Source of the DNA: the human T2T-CHM13v2.0 reference genome, Homo sapiens
Length of the DNA: 64,000 bases
Assembly: GCF_009914755.1 (NCBI RefSeq)
Contig: NC_060935.1
Direction: 5' to 3' (one strand)
Positions 51,338 through 64,000 of this stretch are shown one piece after another (positions within the stretch are counted from its first letter, which is position 1; every line of letters starts with the position of its first letter). The translations under genes and the position numbers were made by a program. The notes beneath the pieces were generated by a model. That model made no database searches. It saw only the letters and a program-made list of their open reading frames with translations, and was not told the origin of the DNA.

Positions 51338-53189
51338 TCTATTATTTTTGTTTTACTTTTTATTAATAGCCATTCTGGCTGGTATAAGATGGTATCTCAT
51401 TGCGGTTTTCATTTGCATCTCTCTGATAATTAGTGATGCTGAACATTTTTACATGGTTGCTGGCTGCTTGTATGTTTTCTTTTGAGAAGTGTCTGTTCAT
51501 ATCCTTTGCCTACTTTTTGGTTTTGTTGCATTTGCTTTTGAGAACTTAGTCATATTTTTTTTGCCTAGGCCAATGTCTAGAGAGTGTTTCTTAGGTTTTC
51601 TTCTAGGATTTTTATAGTTTGAGGTCTTATATTTAAGTATGTAATCCATCTTGAGTTAATTTTTGTGTATGATCAGAGATAGGGATCCAACTTAATTCTG
51701 CATATGGTTAGCCAGTTTTCCCAGAACCATTTAGTGAATAGGGTATCCTTTCCCTATTGTTTATTTTTGTCATTTTTTTTGAAGATCAATTGGTTGTGGG
51801 TATGCAGCTTTAATTCAGGGGCCTCTATTCTGTTCCATTGGTCTATGTGTACCAGTACTATACTGTTTTGGTTACTGTAGCCTTGTAGTATAGTTTGAAG
51901 TGGTTATCATGCTTTTTCTGTGGTTTATTTGCCCTCTTTTTACTTTCACCTATTTTTATTAATATGTTTTTAAATTGTAATTTTCCTTCTATTCATTTCA
52001 AAATTTAATATTTTATATGCTGTTTTCAAAATTATATGTAAAATCTTAATATAGCTATTTAACATTATTTTTGAACAGTTTCAATGCAGTTGTTTTTGGT
52101 GATTAATGAATCTGTTCATTCAAACAGAATTTGAAGAAGTAAGGGTGTGTAAATTTCTGGCTCTATGAAATACAGTACCTAAGAAATGGAGAATTTGGTT
52201 TAGGATAGGAAAAGATTAGTTGAGTTGTGAATACATGAAGTCTTATATATCTATAGGTAGCTCAGAAAACTGGATATAAATCTCCAGTTCTTGATACACC
52301 TGACTCCCATAAAGTGCAAAACCATAGACAGGTATATCTCACTTAAATATGCTCTCCAAACAATCAGTTTCTCTACTATCACTCCTCCAGTTATAGGTGG
52401 AATTGTGGTGGTATGCATATCCATCAGGGGGAATACTAGTGTTGTATGTACATTGGATCTCAGAGGGAAGGAAAATAAAATCATAATAATCAGTTAAGTA
52501 GGAAGCGCCAAGGCAACTGGAGTAAGTGCATAAAGTGAGTATTTGCAGACTAAACTTATTTTATTTCTGCATATAAGCTTTAAGCCATCATAGAAAATAG
52601 CTGAATTTATAAAGTAATGAGCTATATAGCGAAGCTTAATCCTGAGCACTCAGCAAACATAGTGTATAATGCATTTGGTTGTCCTTTTAACACTCCTTCA
52701 TTGTAAACACTCTAACATATAGTATATCCAGTTTGGAAATAATAGTCAAAATGCAATGGACACTGAAGGACTAAAGATGCTGACACCTTTCTAGCTGCTA
52801 AATCTAAGCAACCCCTCATTCCCCTTGGCCTTGAGACTCCTTGGAAGTATTGGTTAGAGTAGAGCAAAGAGGTCTTCAGTTTTTGTGTATGAGCTGTAAC
52901 ACTTCAGCTGGGGCATTTCCTATTAAAGAAAGAAAGAAACAAAAGAGATAATTTTTGTTTTGTGGGTTTTTTTTTTCTTTTGGATTCTAAATACTTCTTC
53001 TTCAACCTAGTTTAAGACAGGCAGACAGGTTCACCATTCTCAAAACCGTTGTAAAGACAGATAAGATATAAGTAAACAAATCCAGAGAATACAAGAGGTA
53101 GTCCCAAGAACACTATGATGAAGGAATACCAGATATTCTCTGCTTCTAAATAGCTATATTGTACCATCATATTTCACCTGGGATTTGGT

Positions 53190-53380
53190 CTCAGACATCC
53201 AGGGATTCTCATCCTGGCTCTGACATTTACCATTGGTCTGTCTGTTAAATTAAGCTTTACCTTGCCTGTAGAGAAGGAATAATAAAAGCTACCTCACAGC
53301 ATTGTTGTCAGAATTAAGAGGTAGTTTATGTAAGATAATTAGCTCAATGGTTGGAGGACAGTGAGCATTAAATTAACTTT
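53190..53380. mobile_element. MIR
   Basis: catcctggctctgacatttac...ctacctcacagcattgttgtcagaattaag. Confidence 0.6.
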
Positions 53381-54439
53381 GTCTTGATAATCTGTCTTCA
53401 AAAACCCTCTTTAAAATGCAAATGCTTTTGAGAAAGGGGTTGCCTTAAATCATTATCTGCTAACATTAATTAACAGTTGGCAGAGATTAGTTGACATCAA
53501 GCTGACAAGGCAACTAGAAGATGAATGGCACTTGGAAATGGGAATCTCAGAGTTTAAGAAGGGGAAGGGATCAAGAAAAGGAAAAATGAATCCTGACAGT
53601 TAAGTGAAAGGGCATCAAGTATCATTGCTATCTTCAGGAGACCTCTTTATCCTAAAATAATAAATAAATACCAGAAATTGTTCCTTTAAAGCTATATAAA
53701 ATGGCAACCAAAATTTCACAGAGGTAAAAACAAAATATTTTTGATGGTACTTTTATTTAAAATGAGATTTTACATTATACAATGTAAATCATAATTTAAA
53801 ATGATGTAATTACAACAAGTACAAGAAAAATGGACAAGACTTTTTTGGCATCTTTAATCTTACAAAATAGTAAGATACCATGATACTCCTTGCTTCAAAA
53901 TTAACTTTTATACCACAAACACAAAAAGTAATTGTTCCAAAAATATTTAAGGATTTCCACAAATTTCTAAAGATTTCTTAGTTGTTTTATTTCAAATCAC
54001 TATATATTAAATTACATAAGATCTTTATTCTGTGAGAGTTTATCACACAGACTTTCATTTTTTGATAATTTTGCTTTATTGATTGAAGCTGTTTTCCAAA
54101 TGTGTCTTTGTTAAATTAATGAAACCCACAACTTTTACAAGATTTACAGTTTTACTTTGAAATACGTTAATGTTGTATTCTTACATTTTATAAATAACTT
54201 ATGCAAAAGATATTGGCAAGATGGAAATACATAGATTCTAGGAAGTGTAATTGAGTGAGACTAATTTTAAAAGTAATCAATTAGTCATTATTATGTGATT
54301 ATGACTTCTTTTCCTAAAAGGAGCTTGTAATTAGGGTTACTTGAGTTATATTATTTGGACACAGAGAGCTCTATTTTTAAGTTTTGCCTAGAATTAGCCA
54401 TCTCTTTGGATAAATGGAAGCAAAGAAAATCAGTATTTT

Positions 54440-54610
54440 ACATTTTATGTATCCTATTCTATCTTTATCCCTGTTTTATAAGTAAGTTATTGTTACCACC
54501 ACATTGCAAATGGTAATATTGAAGCTCAGAGAGCAAGTTGCCTAAAATCCCATGGCTAATAAATAAAAACACAGAGATCCAGGTCTGTGAATTCAAACCC
54601 TATGTCCTTT
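54440..54610. mobile_element. MIR
   Basis: gaagctcagagagcaagttgcctaaaatcccatggct. Confidence 0.55.
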
Positions 54611-54651
54611 TGACTATATCATATGGTCCTTACACATTCAGTATATTGTAT

Positions 54652-57052
54652 TGTATTAGTGCATTATCCCGCTGCTATGAAGAAATACCTGAGACTGGGT
54701 AATTTAGAAAGGAAAGACGTTTAATTGACTCACAGTTCTGCAGGGCTGGGGGCCTCAGGAAACTTAAAGTCATGGCAAAAGGGAAAGCAAATACATCCTT
54801 TTTCACATGGTGGCAGCAAGAAGAATTGCCAAGCAAAAGGCGGAAAAGCCCCTTACAAAACCTTCAGATCTCTGGAGAACTTGCTCACTGTCATGAGAAC
54901 AGCATGAGGATAACTGCTCTCATGATTAAATTACCTCTCACCAGGTCCCTCCCACAACATGTGAGGATTATGGGAGCTTCAATTCAAAATGAGATTTGTA
55001 TGGAGACACAGCCAAATCATATTATTCCACCTCTGGCCCCTCTCAAATCTCATGTCCTCACATTTCAAAACACAGTCATGCCCTTCTAACAGTCCCCAAA
55101 AATCTTAACTAATTCTGGCATTAACTCAAAAGTCCAAGTCAAGTCTTATCTGAGACAAGGCAAGTTCCATCCTGGTATGAGCCTCTAACATCAAAAGCAA
55201 GTTAGTTACTTCCTACATACTATGGGGGTACAGGCATTGGATAATTACACCCATTCCAAATGGGAGAAATTGGCCAAAATGAAGGAGTTAGAGGCCCCAT
55301 GCAAGTCCTAAATCCAGTGGGACAGTCAAATCTTAAAGGTTCAAAATGATTTCCTTTGACTACATGTCCAACATCCAGGTCACACTGATGGAGGAGGTGG
55401 GCTCCCATGGTCTTGGGCAACTCCGCCCCTTACAGATTTGCAGGGTACAGCCCCCTCTCAGCTGCCTTCATGGGCTGGCATTGTTTGTAGCTTTTCAAGG
55501 CTCACATTGCCAGCTGTCAGTGGACCTACTATTCTGGGGTCTGGAGGACAATGGCCCTCTTCTCACAGCTACACTAGGCAATGCCCAAGTGGGGACTCTG
55601 TGTGGGGGCTCCAATCCCACATTTGCCTTCCACACTGCCTCAGCAGAGGTTCTCCACGAGGGCTCTGTCCCTGCAGCAAACTTCTGCCTGGACATTCAGG
55701 CACTCCCATATTCTGAAATCTAGCCAGAGGTTCCCAAACCTCAATTCTTGACCTCTGTGTACCTCCAGGCTCAACACCACATGGAAGATGCCAAAGTGTG
55801 GGGCTTGCACCCTCCGAAGCCATGGCTTGAACTTTACCTTGGCCCCTTTTAGCCACAGCTGGGATGCAGGGCACCAAGTCTTGAGTCTGCTCAAAGCAGC
55901 AGGGCCCTGGGCCTGGCCCACAAAACCATTTTCTCATCCTAGGCCTGTGGGCCTGTGATGGAAGGGGCTGCTATGAAGACTTCTCACACGCTCTGGAGAC
56001 ATTTTCCTGATTGTCTTGGTGATTAACATTTGGCTCCTCATTACCTATGCATATTTCTGCAGCTGGCTTGAATTCCTCCTCAGAAAATGGGTTTTTGTTT
56101 CACATTATCAGGCTGCAAATTTTCTGAACTTCTATGCTCTGTTTCCCTTTTAAATGTAAGTTCCAACTCCAAACCTTATCTTTATGAATGCATAAAACCA
56201 AATGCTTTTAAGAGCACCCAAGTCATATCTTGAATGCTTTGCTGCTTAGAAATTTCTTCTGCCAGGTGCCCTAAATCATCTCTCTCACGTTTAAAGTTCC
56301 ACAGATCCCCAGGGTGGGGGCAAAATGCTGCCAGTCTCTTTGCTAAAACATAGCAAGAGTCACCTTTATTCCAGTTCCCAACAAGTTCCTCATCTCCATC
56401 GGAGACCACCTCAGCCTGGACTTCATTGTCCATATCACTGTCAGCATTTTGGTCAAAGCCATTCAACAAGTATCTAGGAGGTTCCAAACTTTCCCCCATC
56501 TTTCTGTCTTCTGAGCCCTCTAAGTCTCTAGGACATTCCAAACATTCCTACATTTTTCTGTCTTCTTTTCAGCCCTTGGAACTGTTCCAACCTCTGCCTG
56601 TTACCCAGTTGCAAATTTGCTTCCACATTTTTGGGTATCCTTTCAGCAGTGCCCCACTCTCCGTGGTGCCAGTTTACTGTAATAGTCCATTCTCATGCTG
56701 CTGTGACAAAATACCTGAGACTGAGTAATTGATAAAGGAAAAACGTTTAATTGGTTGACAGTTCTGCAGGGCTGGGGAGGCCTCCGGAAACTTACAGTCA
56801 TGGTGGAAGGGGAAGGAAACATGTCCTTCTTCACATTACAGCAGCAAGGAAAAGTGCTGGGCAAAAGGAGGGAAAAGCCCCTTATAAAACCATCAGATCT
56901 TGTGAGAACTTACTGACTTCATGAGAACAGCATGAGGGTAACTGCCCCCGTGATTAAATTATCCTCCACTGGTTCCCTCCTAAGACATGTGGAGATTATG
57001 GGAGCTACAATTTAAGATGATATTTGGGTGGGGACACAGTCAAACCGTATCA
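54652..57052 (-). mobile_element. Two-LTR MaLR element (THE1D-like): 3' LTR 54652-55024, internal region 55025-56677, 5' LTR 56678-57052
   Basis: Two homologous ~375-bp LTRs and an antisense polypurine tract (ttccacctctggcccctc) next to the left LTR. Internal ORFs (DSDMDNEVQAEVVSDGDEELVGNW) match MaLR-int. TSD tgtat/catat. Confidence 0.95.
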
Positions 57053-57057
57053 CATAT

Positions 57058-57841
57058 TGTTACTGGTGGCAAGTCTGAACAGGGTCCTTGGTCCTCGATT
57101 CTTGTCCTGTTGGAAGAAAGAATTTGGCCAAGAAGAGGTAGTAGATTTAAGGCAGAAATGAGAGTTTATTGAAACAAAGAAAAGTCCATTTGGAAGGACC
57201 CAAGTTGGAAACTCAAAAGATTGACTGCCTCGCCTGATCCTTAGCTCAGTGCTCTTATAGACTTATTATTTCCTGCTTTTTATCCTGGTCTTTTCCCCTT
57301 GTCCTTCCTGTTGGGCAGGATGTTGGCTAATCGCAGTATGTAGAGTGACTTGCCAGTGTCTGGGAGGGGCCACATGCATCATTTGGTGGTTGAGGTTATC
57401 TGCGTGCTCTCTTAGAGCAGTTTTCCCTTGCCAATCTAGCTCCCCCAGAGGAAGGTCATATACTGATCAAACTGCCATTTTGCTCCTTACTGCATATGCC
57501 TGAATATATTCTCAGAAAAAGGTCACAATCTGCCATTTTGTCTCTTACTGTGCATCCCTGAACATGTCCCAAGAGGAAGATCAAATTCCACCATTTTGAC
57601 CCTTACTGTGTATGCCTGGATGTGTTTGTTCAATTCCTAGGATCTTACTGGGAGTTTGTTGCCCAAAAGCTCAAGGTGTTTCCTATGTGTTAGGAAATGT
57701 TCCTTCCCCTCGTGCCAGTCTTGACCACTCATTTCTGAGGAGACCGCCTGACAATTGCCTGACAGTCACCTGACAGTTGCCTGATATTCTTTGGGGCCCT
57801 ATTCTGCCCTGTTCATATCTGCCTATCTACCTACTCTAACA
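57058..57841 (-). mobile_element. Solo ERV1 LTR, MER50-like
   Basis: The reverse complement begins tgttagagtaggtagataggcagatatgaacagggcag and ends ...cagtaaca. It has three internal ccattttg..cttactg repeats and a 4-bp TSD-like atat/acat. Confidence 0.78.
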
Positions 57842-58030
57842 ACATGGTCTGAAATTTTACTAAAAATGTTTATTTTGTGTATACGTAGGCCACTTGTTAA
57901 CATGTTTGTTATGCCAATTCAAATAAACAAGAGATTTCATCAATTATTTTGATTGACTTAACTAAATTGTTGTCTGAATTAAACATTTAATGCTTCCCAA
58001 ATCAAGGATATAAACAGTAGATAAAAATAA

Positions 58031-58041
58031 ACACATACACA

Positions 58042-58075
<34 letters not shown>
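58031..58075. repeat. (CA)n microsatellite
   Basis: Read directly from the sequence. Confidence 0.97.
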
Positions 58076-58076
<1 letters not shown>

Positions 58077-59440
58077 TTTAGTATTTTTACCAAGTAAAAT
58101 AATGCAGTGCTTAAGTGTCTATTTTAGCAGTTATTTAGAAGCCAGGCAACATAGACAATACAAGGATATTGAAGGAAATGCTTGAGAAATAAAGGAATTA
58201 TTTATTTTTATTATATCATGTCTGTTTTCCTTTGTGAGTAAAAAATGTATAAATTATATACTCTCAAATTAATCAGAAAAAGACTGCTTCAACCTAAACT
58301 GTGTTGTCCATTGAAGCATTTGTAACAAGTGCTTTAACTAGTTACTTAATAATATCTGAATGTAGTGCTTATCAACAGATACATTTTGACATTATTTTAA
58401 AATCTGCAGAGATCATTTTAAAAATATTTTACTTTAAAATATTTCAATAGAAAAATGTTTTGTTCTTTTCATTGCTTTTCCTGTACTTAATTGTAATATA
58501 TTTTCCAGATATCACTAGAAAGGAAAACTCAATGTGTTTCAGAGTCTTTAGTTTTTTAAACTATCTGACAAAACTTACACATGGAAAACTAAACTATCAC
58601 AAAGCAAACACTTCAATATGGAGTTTGTTTTAGAATATTTAGACACAGCATAAGGAAAAAGACTTAGAACACTGCAATAACCTTGGTTTTTTTTACTTAG
58701 ATTGGTTAGGGATTTTGACATCAAGCAGCTCTAGTTTACCTAATTATTTTTGATTGTTTAATTGGATTTGACCACATAGTAAAAGGATTTGACCCAAGTC
58801 CTTAAAATAGCCTATTTTTGTTTCATCTTTATAGTCTACACAGAAAAATGTAAAAAATAATGGATCAAGAAAGCAAGCAACTCACTCCTTTGATAACTGG
58901 TTCCCATTAGTGGGAATAACTAGTGTTTCCATGTTACGTTCATTTGGTTTGGCCAAAGTGGTCAACCAGTCAAATTAGTATGTTAAATGCAGACAAGTTA
59001 GTGTGCAATATTTGCTAGTAGTGCTTGCTCTAAAACTGAAGGCAGGAAGAAAGAAATGGGGTAACTTATGTATGGGTTGAGCATGAAAAATGTGGATGTG
59101 TCAGAATGTCTGGAAAGTTACGGTATCCTTCTAATTCCAGAGAGTATCTAAGCTAGTCCTCCCTATCTGTCATATGATGATATATTTTTCATATGAATTT
59201 ATCACCATAGAAACCTCCAATATCTCCCCATCACCTGTAAATTAACTTTAAGTTCCTTAACCTGGCACTCGATCCTTTTTTGAGTCTCCTGTATAGTTTG
59301 CCATTTGACTATGAAGCACCTAAGCTTCTGTTTATCTTACTCACTGTATTCATTTTTTTCAGCTTCCTTGCCTTTGATCATGTCATTTCCAGTGCCAGAA
59401 ATGCTTACCCATCTCCCTTATGCACTTTTGTTGAAACGTG

Positions 59441-59747
59441 TATTTTATTTTATTTTATTTTTTTGAGACGGAGTCTCGCTGTTGTCAGCCCGGGCTGGAG
59501 TTCAATGGGTCGATCTCGGCTCACTGCAACCTTCGCCTCCCGGGTTCCAGAAATTCTCCTGCCTCAGCCTTCTGAGTAGCTGAGATTGCAGGCACCCACC
59601 ACCACGCCTGGCTAATTTTTGTATTTTTAGTAGAGACGGGGTTTCTCCATGTTGGCCAGGGTGGTCTTGAACTCCTGACCTCAGGTGATCGACCCACCTC
59701 AGCCTCCCAAAGTGCTGGGATTACAGGCATGAGCCACTGCACCCAGT
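59441..59747 (-). mobile_element. Alu (AluS)
   Basis: (TTTTA)n tail, then gagacggagtctcgc...gagccactgcacccagtc. TSD aac(g/t)tgtat. Confidence 0.95.
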
Positions 59748-59779
59748 CAACTTGTATCATTTTTTAAAGTACATACCTT

Positions 59780-60024
59780 AAAATAACTATAGTATATGTA
59801 TACATATTTCTTGGGCTCTAGGGTCAGAAGGATTCAATTTTGTCACTTATCAGCAATGTGACTTTGGGGAAGAAATATAACATGTTCTTACCATAATTCC
59901 TCATTTTCAAAATTTTACATGTATATGCTGAAAGATTTAATGAGATGATATATGTAAAGTATTTTACCCAGTGCCTGCTTCTTGGTAAATACTCTATAAC
60001 TTAGTGATGATGATGATGATGATG
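59780..60024. mobile_element. MIR ending in (GAT)n
   Basis: gtgactttggggaag...aagatttaatgagatgatatatgtaaagtattttacccagtgcc. Confidence 0.65.
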
Positions 60025-60589
60025 CCCTCTTCATTTTATCCGTTTATGGTTAACAAAGTAACAAAGGATTTATTCTTCTCTCCTGGCCCCCTGCTTCCTC
60101 ATTAGCATTCCTAAGTGCCTATGAACAAGTTTTCTTCTCTTGTCTAAATCTTGTCACATCCTTCACTGCACAACAGTCATTTATGACATCTTATTTTTCC
60201 TACTCGATGTAGGCTACTGAGGCAGTCCCAGTATCTTTGTATCTTTTATAGATTTGCTGACATAGCCCTGGATGTTATCAGGTACTTGATAACTACTGTT
60301 TATTAATTGTTCTAAAGCAAATAATGAGGCCTGAGTACCCCACTTTAAATAGTTAATTTTGTATATTTCAAAAGATAATGTTACCTTTCTTTATATTTTT
60401 TCAATAAAGAAATATAGTGATGTAGTTATTTGATCACATATAATATAAATCTTACTCTAGAGAAATAGAAACAAATAGAAAATGTTATCTTCATTTAGGA
60501 ATTTCAATTAATGTTCTCAGTTGGCAAATTAATATTTGAGTCAACCCTTTTCTCTTTGTTTTATGTCACTTATTAAATATGGATCATTT

Positions 60590-61150
60590 TTAATTAGTTT
60601 TATTGAGGTATATTAACATATAATGAACATCAGCAACTTTTAAGTGTATAATTCAGTGAATTAAGATAAAATAAGTCATGTAACCACTACCATAATCATG
60701 GCATAGAACATTTCCATCACCACAAGAAGTTCCCCAGTGCTCTTCCCTTTCCAATCAATTTTTCCCCCAATTCTCATCCCTGATATTCATTGATGTGATT
60801 TCTGTCCCTATATTTTGTTTTGTCCAGAAATTGTTTTTGAAGAAATTCTACAGTATGCTCCTCTCACTTGGCATAATTTTGAGATTCAGGCATGTTGCTG
60901 AGGCAGTTAGTTGGGTTTTTCTTAAATAATTGCTGAATATTTCATTGTTGCAATATATTAGGTTGGTGCAAACGTAATTGTCGTTTTTGCCATTAAAACT
61001 AATGATAGAACCACAGTTATGTCTGCACCAAACCTAATGCTTCAGGTGTTTATCCATTTATCAGTTGATGTACATTTCAGCTGTTTTCAATTTTTGACTA
61101 TTATGAATAAAGCTGCTATGGGATTAGAATATAAATCTTCAAGTGAAGAA
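60590..61150 (-). mobile_element. Old L1 3' end (L1ME/MB-type)
   Basis: catgtaaccactaccataatcatggcatagaacatttccatcacc and tattatgaataaagctgctatg. Confidence 0.8.
60958..61037. mobile_element. MADE1 (Hsmar1-derived mariner MITE, 80 bp)
   Basis: TIRs ttaggttggtgcaaa... and ...tgcaccaaacctaa, with a TA target site on the left. Confidence 0.92.
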
Positions 61151-61863
61151 GTATATGTCTTTGTGTGATTTTATGTTTTCATATTATAGGTGCTTACTTC
61201 ATTTTCTCCATGAAAGTAACTTGCTTTCAGCATTTATATCTGTGCAGCTATAGGAAAATCTTGTTATTACCCTTTATGTTGCTATCATTCTATGTTTGAA
61301 AATTTATACATAATTTTGATGATAGTATATATTGTTTGCAGCATTTTGGAATGAAATATATGTTTTTCTTCTGTGTGAATTTGGGGACTTTATAGCACAT
61401 GTATTTTCCTCCTTTCCTAGTTGGCATTCTTTCCATTTCTGTCTGAAGAAATCAAATATTAGTCATACAGATGCCATTACAATGAAAGTGCAAACAGCTG
61501 TGGTTATATTTACTTGCTTTTTCTTTCTCTTAGTTGAAGAATCTTTTTCTTAACCCAGAGTTCAGCTATATCTTTACAGTTTCTAGACAGAAGCATTAGA
61601 AATTGTAACCAGCCACATATATTAATACACATATTTTTGAGTTTAAATAACAATTGACAGTTGTTTTAAAAATCTCAATTTATATTGGAGGTCCACGTGC
61701 ACGTGATAAAAGCAATCAATATATATATAATTGCTATATTTGTCTCATATAAACATTTTCTAAATTATTCGTATCCCCCACCACCTCCATTTCTTTCAAA
61801 GAAGTAGAAAAAATAGTTTAATACGTACAACGATTCTATAATGAAATTGAAAATCAAAATATG

Positions 61864-62125
61864 GGCGGGGCATGGTTTCTCATGCCTGTAATCCCAGCAC
61901 AAGGCCATGGTGGGTGGATCCCCTGAGGTCAGGAGTTCAAGGCCAGCCTGGCCAGCATGGTGAAACTCTGTGTCTACTAAAAATACAAAAATTAGCTGGG
62001 TGTGGTGGTATGCACCTGTAGTCAGGAGGCTGAGGCAGGAGAATCCCTTGAACATGGGAGGCAGAGATTGCAGTGAGCTGAGATCGCACCACTGCACTAC
62101 AGCCTGGGCAACAGAGTGAGACTCA

Positions 62126-62128
<3 letters not shown>
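61864..62128 (+). mobile_element. Alu (AluS) with internal deletions and no A-tail
   Basis: ctcatgcctgtaatcccagcac...gcctgggcaacagagtgagactcagtct. Confidence 0.92.

Positions 62129-62196
<68 letters not shown>
62129..62196. repeat. Compound (TG)n(TA)n microsatellite
   Basis: Read directly from the sequence. Confidence 0.97.
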
Positions 62197-62206
<10 letters not shown>

Positions 62207-62559
62207 TATGGTGATTAGTCCTAAAACAATACAAATTACAAATGTTTATAGTGAAAAAGTACTAATATCTAGAAAATGGAAATACATCTCCAGCATATAT
62301 CTTCACATAGAAATATATCTTCACATAGATGTATATCTATATCAATATAATTAAATTTTATACGATATAAAAATATTAATAAATTAGCAAACACCTGCTA
62401 TTGTTCAGATTCTATGAATATATGACCTAGAATAGTGTATTGAAGCTAGCCATTGTCAACCAGGGTTCCAAAAGAAAATTGAGCCCTATAGAAAATGATA
62501 TGATTGACTGTTTTCTTAGTTCCCCCAAGAATGGTACGTAACTAAAATCATTCTAAATA

Positions 62560-63010
62560 AATAGAAGATAAGTTAGTTTATTACATATAATACATGCCTT
62601 AGGACCTTAGAGATTAGGTTTTTTTCACCGAGCATTATATTATAAACATCATTCCATGTTAAAAATTATTTAATCCCCAATTTTTAATGGCTGTATGTAT
62701 TCCAGAAAGATTATTTAATCTCTAATCTGATACTAGAAATTTGAGGGCATTTTCAAAAATATTTCTTATTGTAAATTGCTTTGCAATGAACATTAATAGA
62801 GAACCGTGTGTGTGTGTATGTATGTATATATATGTGTGTGTGTTGTGTATATATTATATACATATATGTAATTATTTTTTGATACCAAATTTCTAGTGGT
62901 GGAATTTCCTTGTGAGAGAATCAGTATTAAGTTTGTTGATAAGTATTGTCAAACTGTCTTTCAAAAAGAGTGTAACAATATAAGTTAGCCTCACCTAGTC
63001 ATTTGTGCAC
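62560..63010 (-). mobile_element. Degraded old L1 (L1ME-like) with a TG/TA tract at ~62806-62870
   Basis: tttttaatggctgtatgtattcc, ttgcaatgaacatt and aagtattgtcaaactgtctttcaaaaagagtgtaacaat. Confidence 0.6.
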
Positions 63011-64000
63011 TAGTTTTGAATCTCTTTTCTCAGCCTGCTGGTAATCTTTACTATTACCCTTTGCTCAAACCAATGAACTTTAAGTTGCCAGACTACTAGT
63101 TAGTCTTCTGTAGAGGAGGTTGTGTGTAGAGCAAAGAGAACAAGTATATTTCCTAGCCTTTCTTTTATCCTACCATGCTGGAATTCAGTTCACTTTTAGT
63201 TTTATAGAGGGCATTCATTGCCATTCTCTCACGTATGTTTTGATTCTTCCTGTCTACTTTTACGTTGTATTTCCACCAGGAATAATGAATCCTATCCCTT
63301 CCATCAAATCTATTTCAAGAAAGACACTTTGCAAAGCAGAAGGGCTCCAAGAGCACAGCTCTAGTCTCTCTTCAATGTTTATAAGGCACAGTCATTATTT
63401 TTACCCACTGCTGAAAACATTTGCAGGGGTTATTAAAAAAACTTTTTACCTAAAGATACTAAATAGCAGGGGTTGCAGACATAAGCATCCACCTGTTCAC
63501 TGGCTTATTCACTTAAAATATAACAAGCATGTTGCCTAAGCAAATGTCCAGTAAGTTTTCTTTCTGTTGTTTGCGTTTAGTAAAGTTCTAAAACTATACA
63601 ATTTTCTCTTTCTTTCCTTCAGACTATAATAGGAACTGGGTGAATATTATCCAATTAATTCTGTTACACAAAGGGCCTTATCTTTTTTCTTATCCTTATT
63701 TTCAAAAGGACACTGCCTGCTACGTGCTTAGCAACAAGTAGTCTTTTTTTTTGAACAAGATGAGAAGAAATCCAGACTATCCTATAACAGTGGAAGAGTT
63801 GTATGTAAACCTTATTAAAAAGTCCAAACAATATCAAATAGTATAGGCTTATTTCTCTCTAGCTTGCTGCAAGGTTGACATCCCAGAGAGGATCAGGGCA
63901 TATGGGGAGTAATAGTCCTGCAGATCAAGCAGCCAGATGTGACTAAGAAAATGATGAAAGTGAAATCTGAAGCACTACTGTCATTGTTGTCTCATCATAT

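Noticed and set aside
55220-56864. Cluster of overlapping ORFs
   Set aside because: All lie inside the degenerate THE1 internal region or LTR, and no intact long MaLR ORF remains.

Overview
Human (or closely related great-ape) genomic DNA, AT-rich and dense in repeats. It is not microbial: I see no CRISPR array, operon, rRNA or tRNA. The whole window appears to lie inside the neural cell-adhesion gene CNTN5 (contactin-5) on the + strand. The only supportable coding sequence is one 96-nt, phase 1-1 exon at 43281-43376 encoding (Y)[31 protein letters not shown](E), the start of the second Ig domain; the ORF track misses it. The rest is intron filled with L1 (L1PA/PB/MA/MC/ME), Alu, MIR, L2, MaLR and ERV LTRs (one two-LTR THE1 element), MER58, MADE1 and microsatellites. 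Nearly all listed ORFs are repeat-derived or chance. Subfamily names come from recalled consensus features and need a RepeatMasker/Dfam check. Most notable observations: (1) a non-TE ~145-bp near-perfect hairpin with a nested hairpin at 30479-30622; (2) a speculative internal promoter/exon (8924-9119) and a signal-peptide-like exon (21207-21374) that would splice in frame to the CNTN5 exon; (3) an ancient inversion with a ~740-bp inverted duplication inside an old L1 (24972-28059); (4) several smaller templated-copy scars; (5) intact DUX4-type motifs in antisense THE1 LTRs. I found no convincing wholly new biological system. The findings are testable hypotheses.
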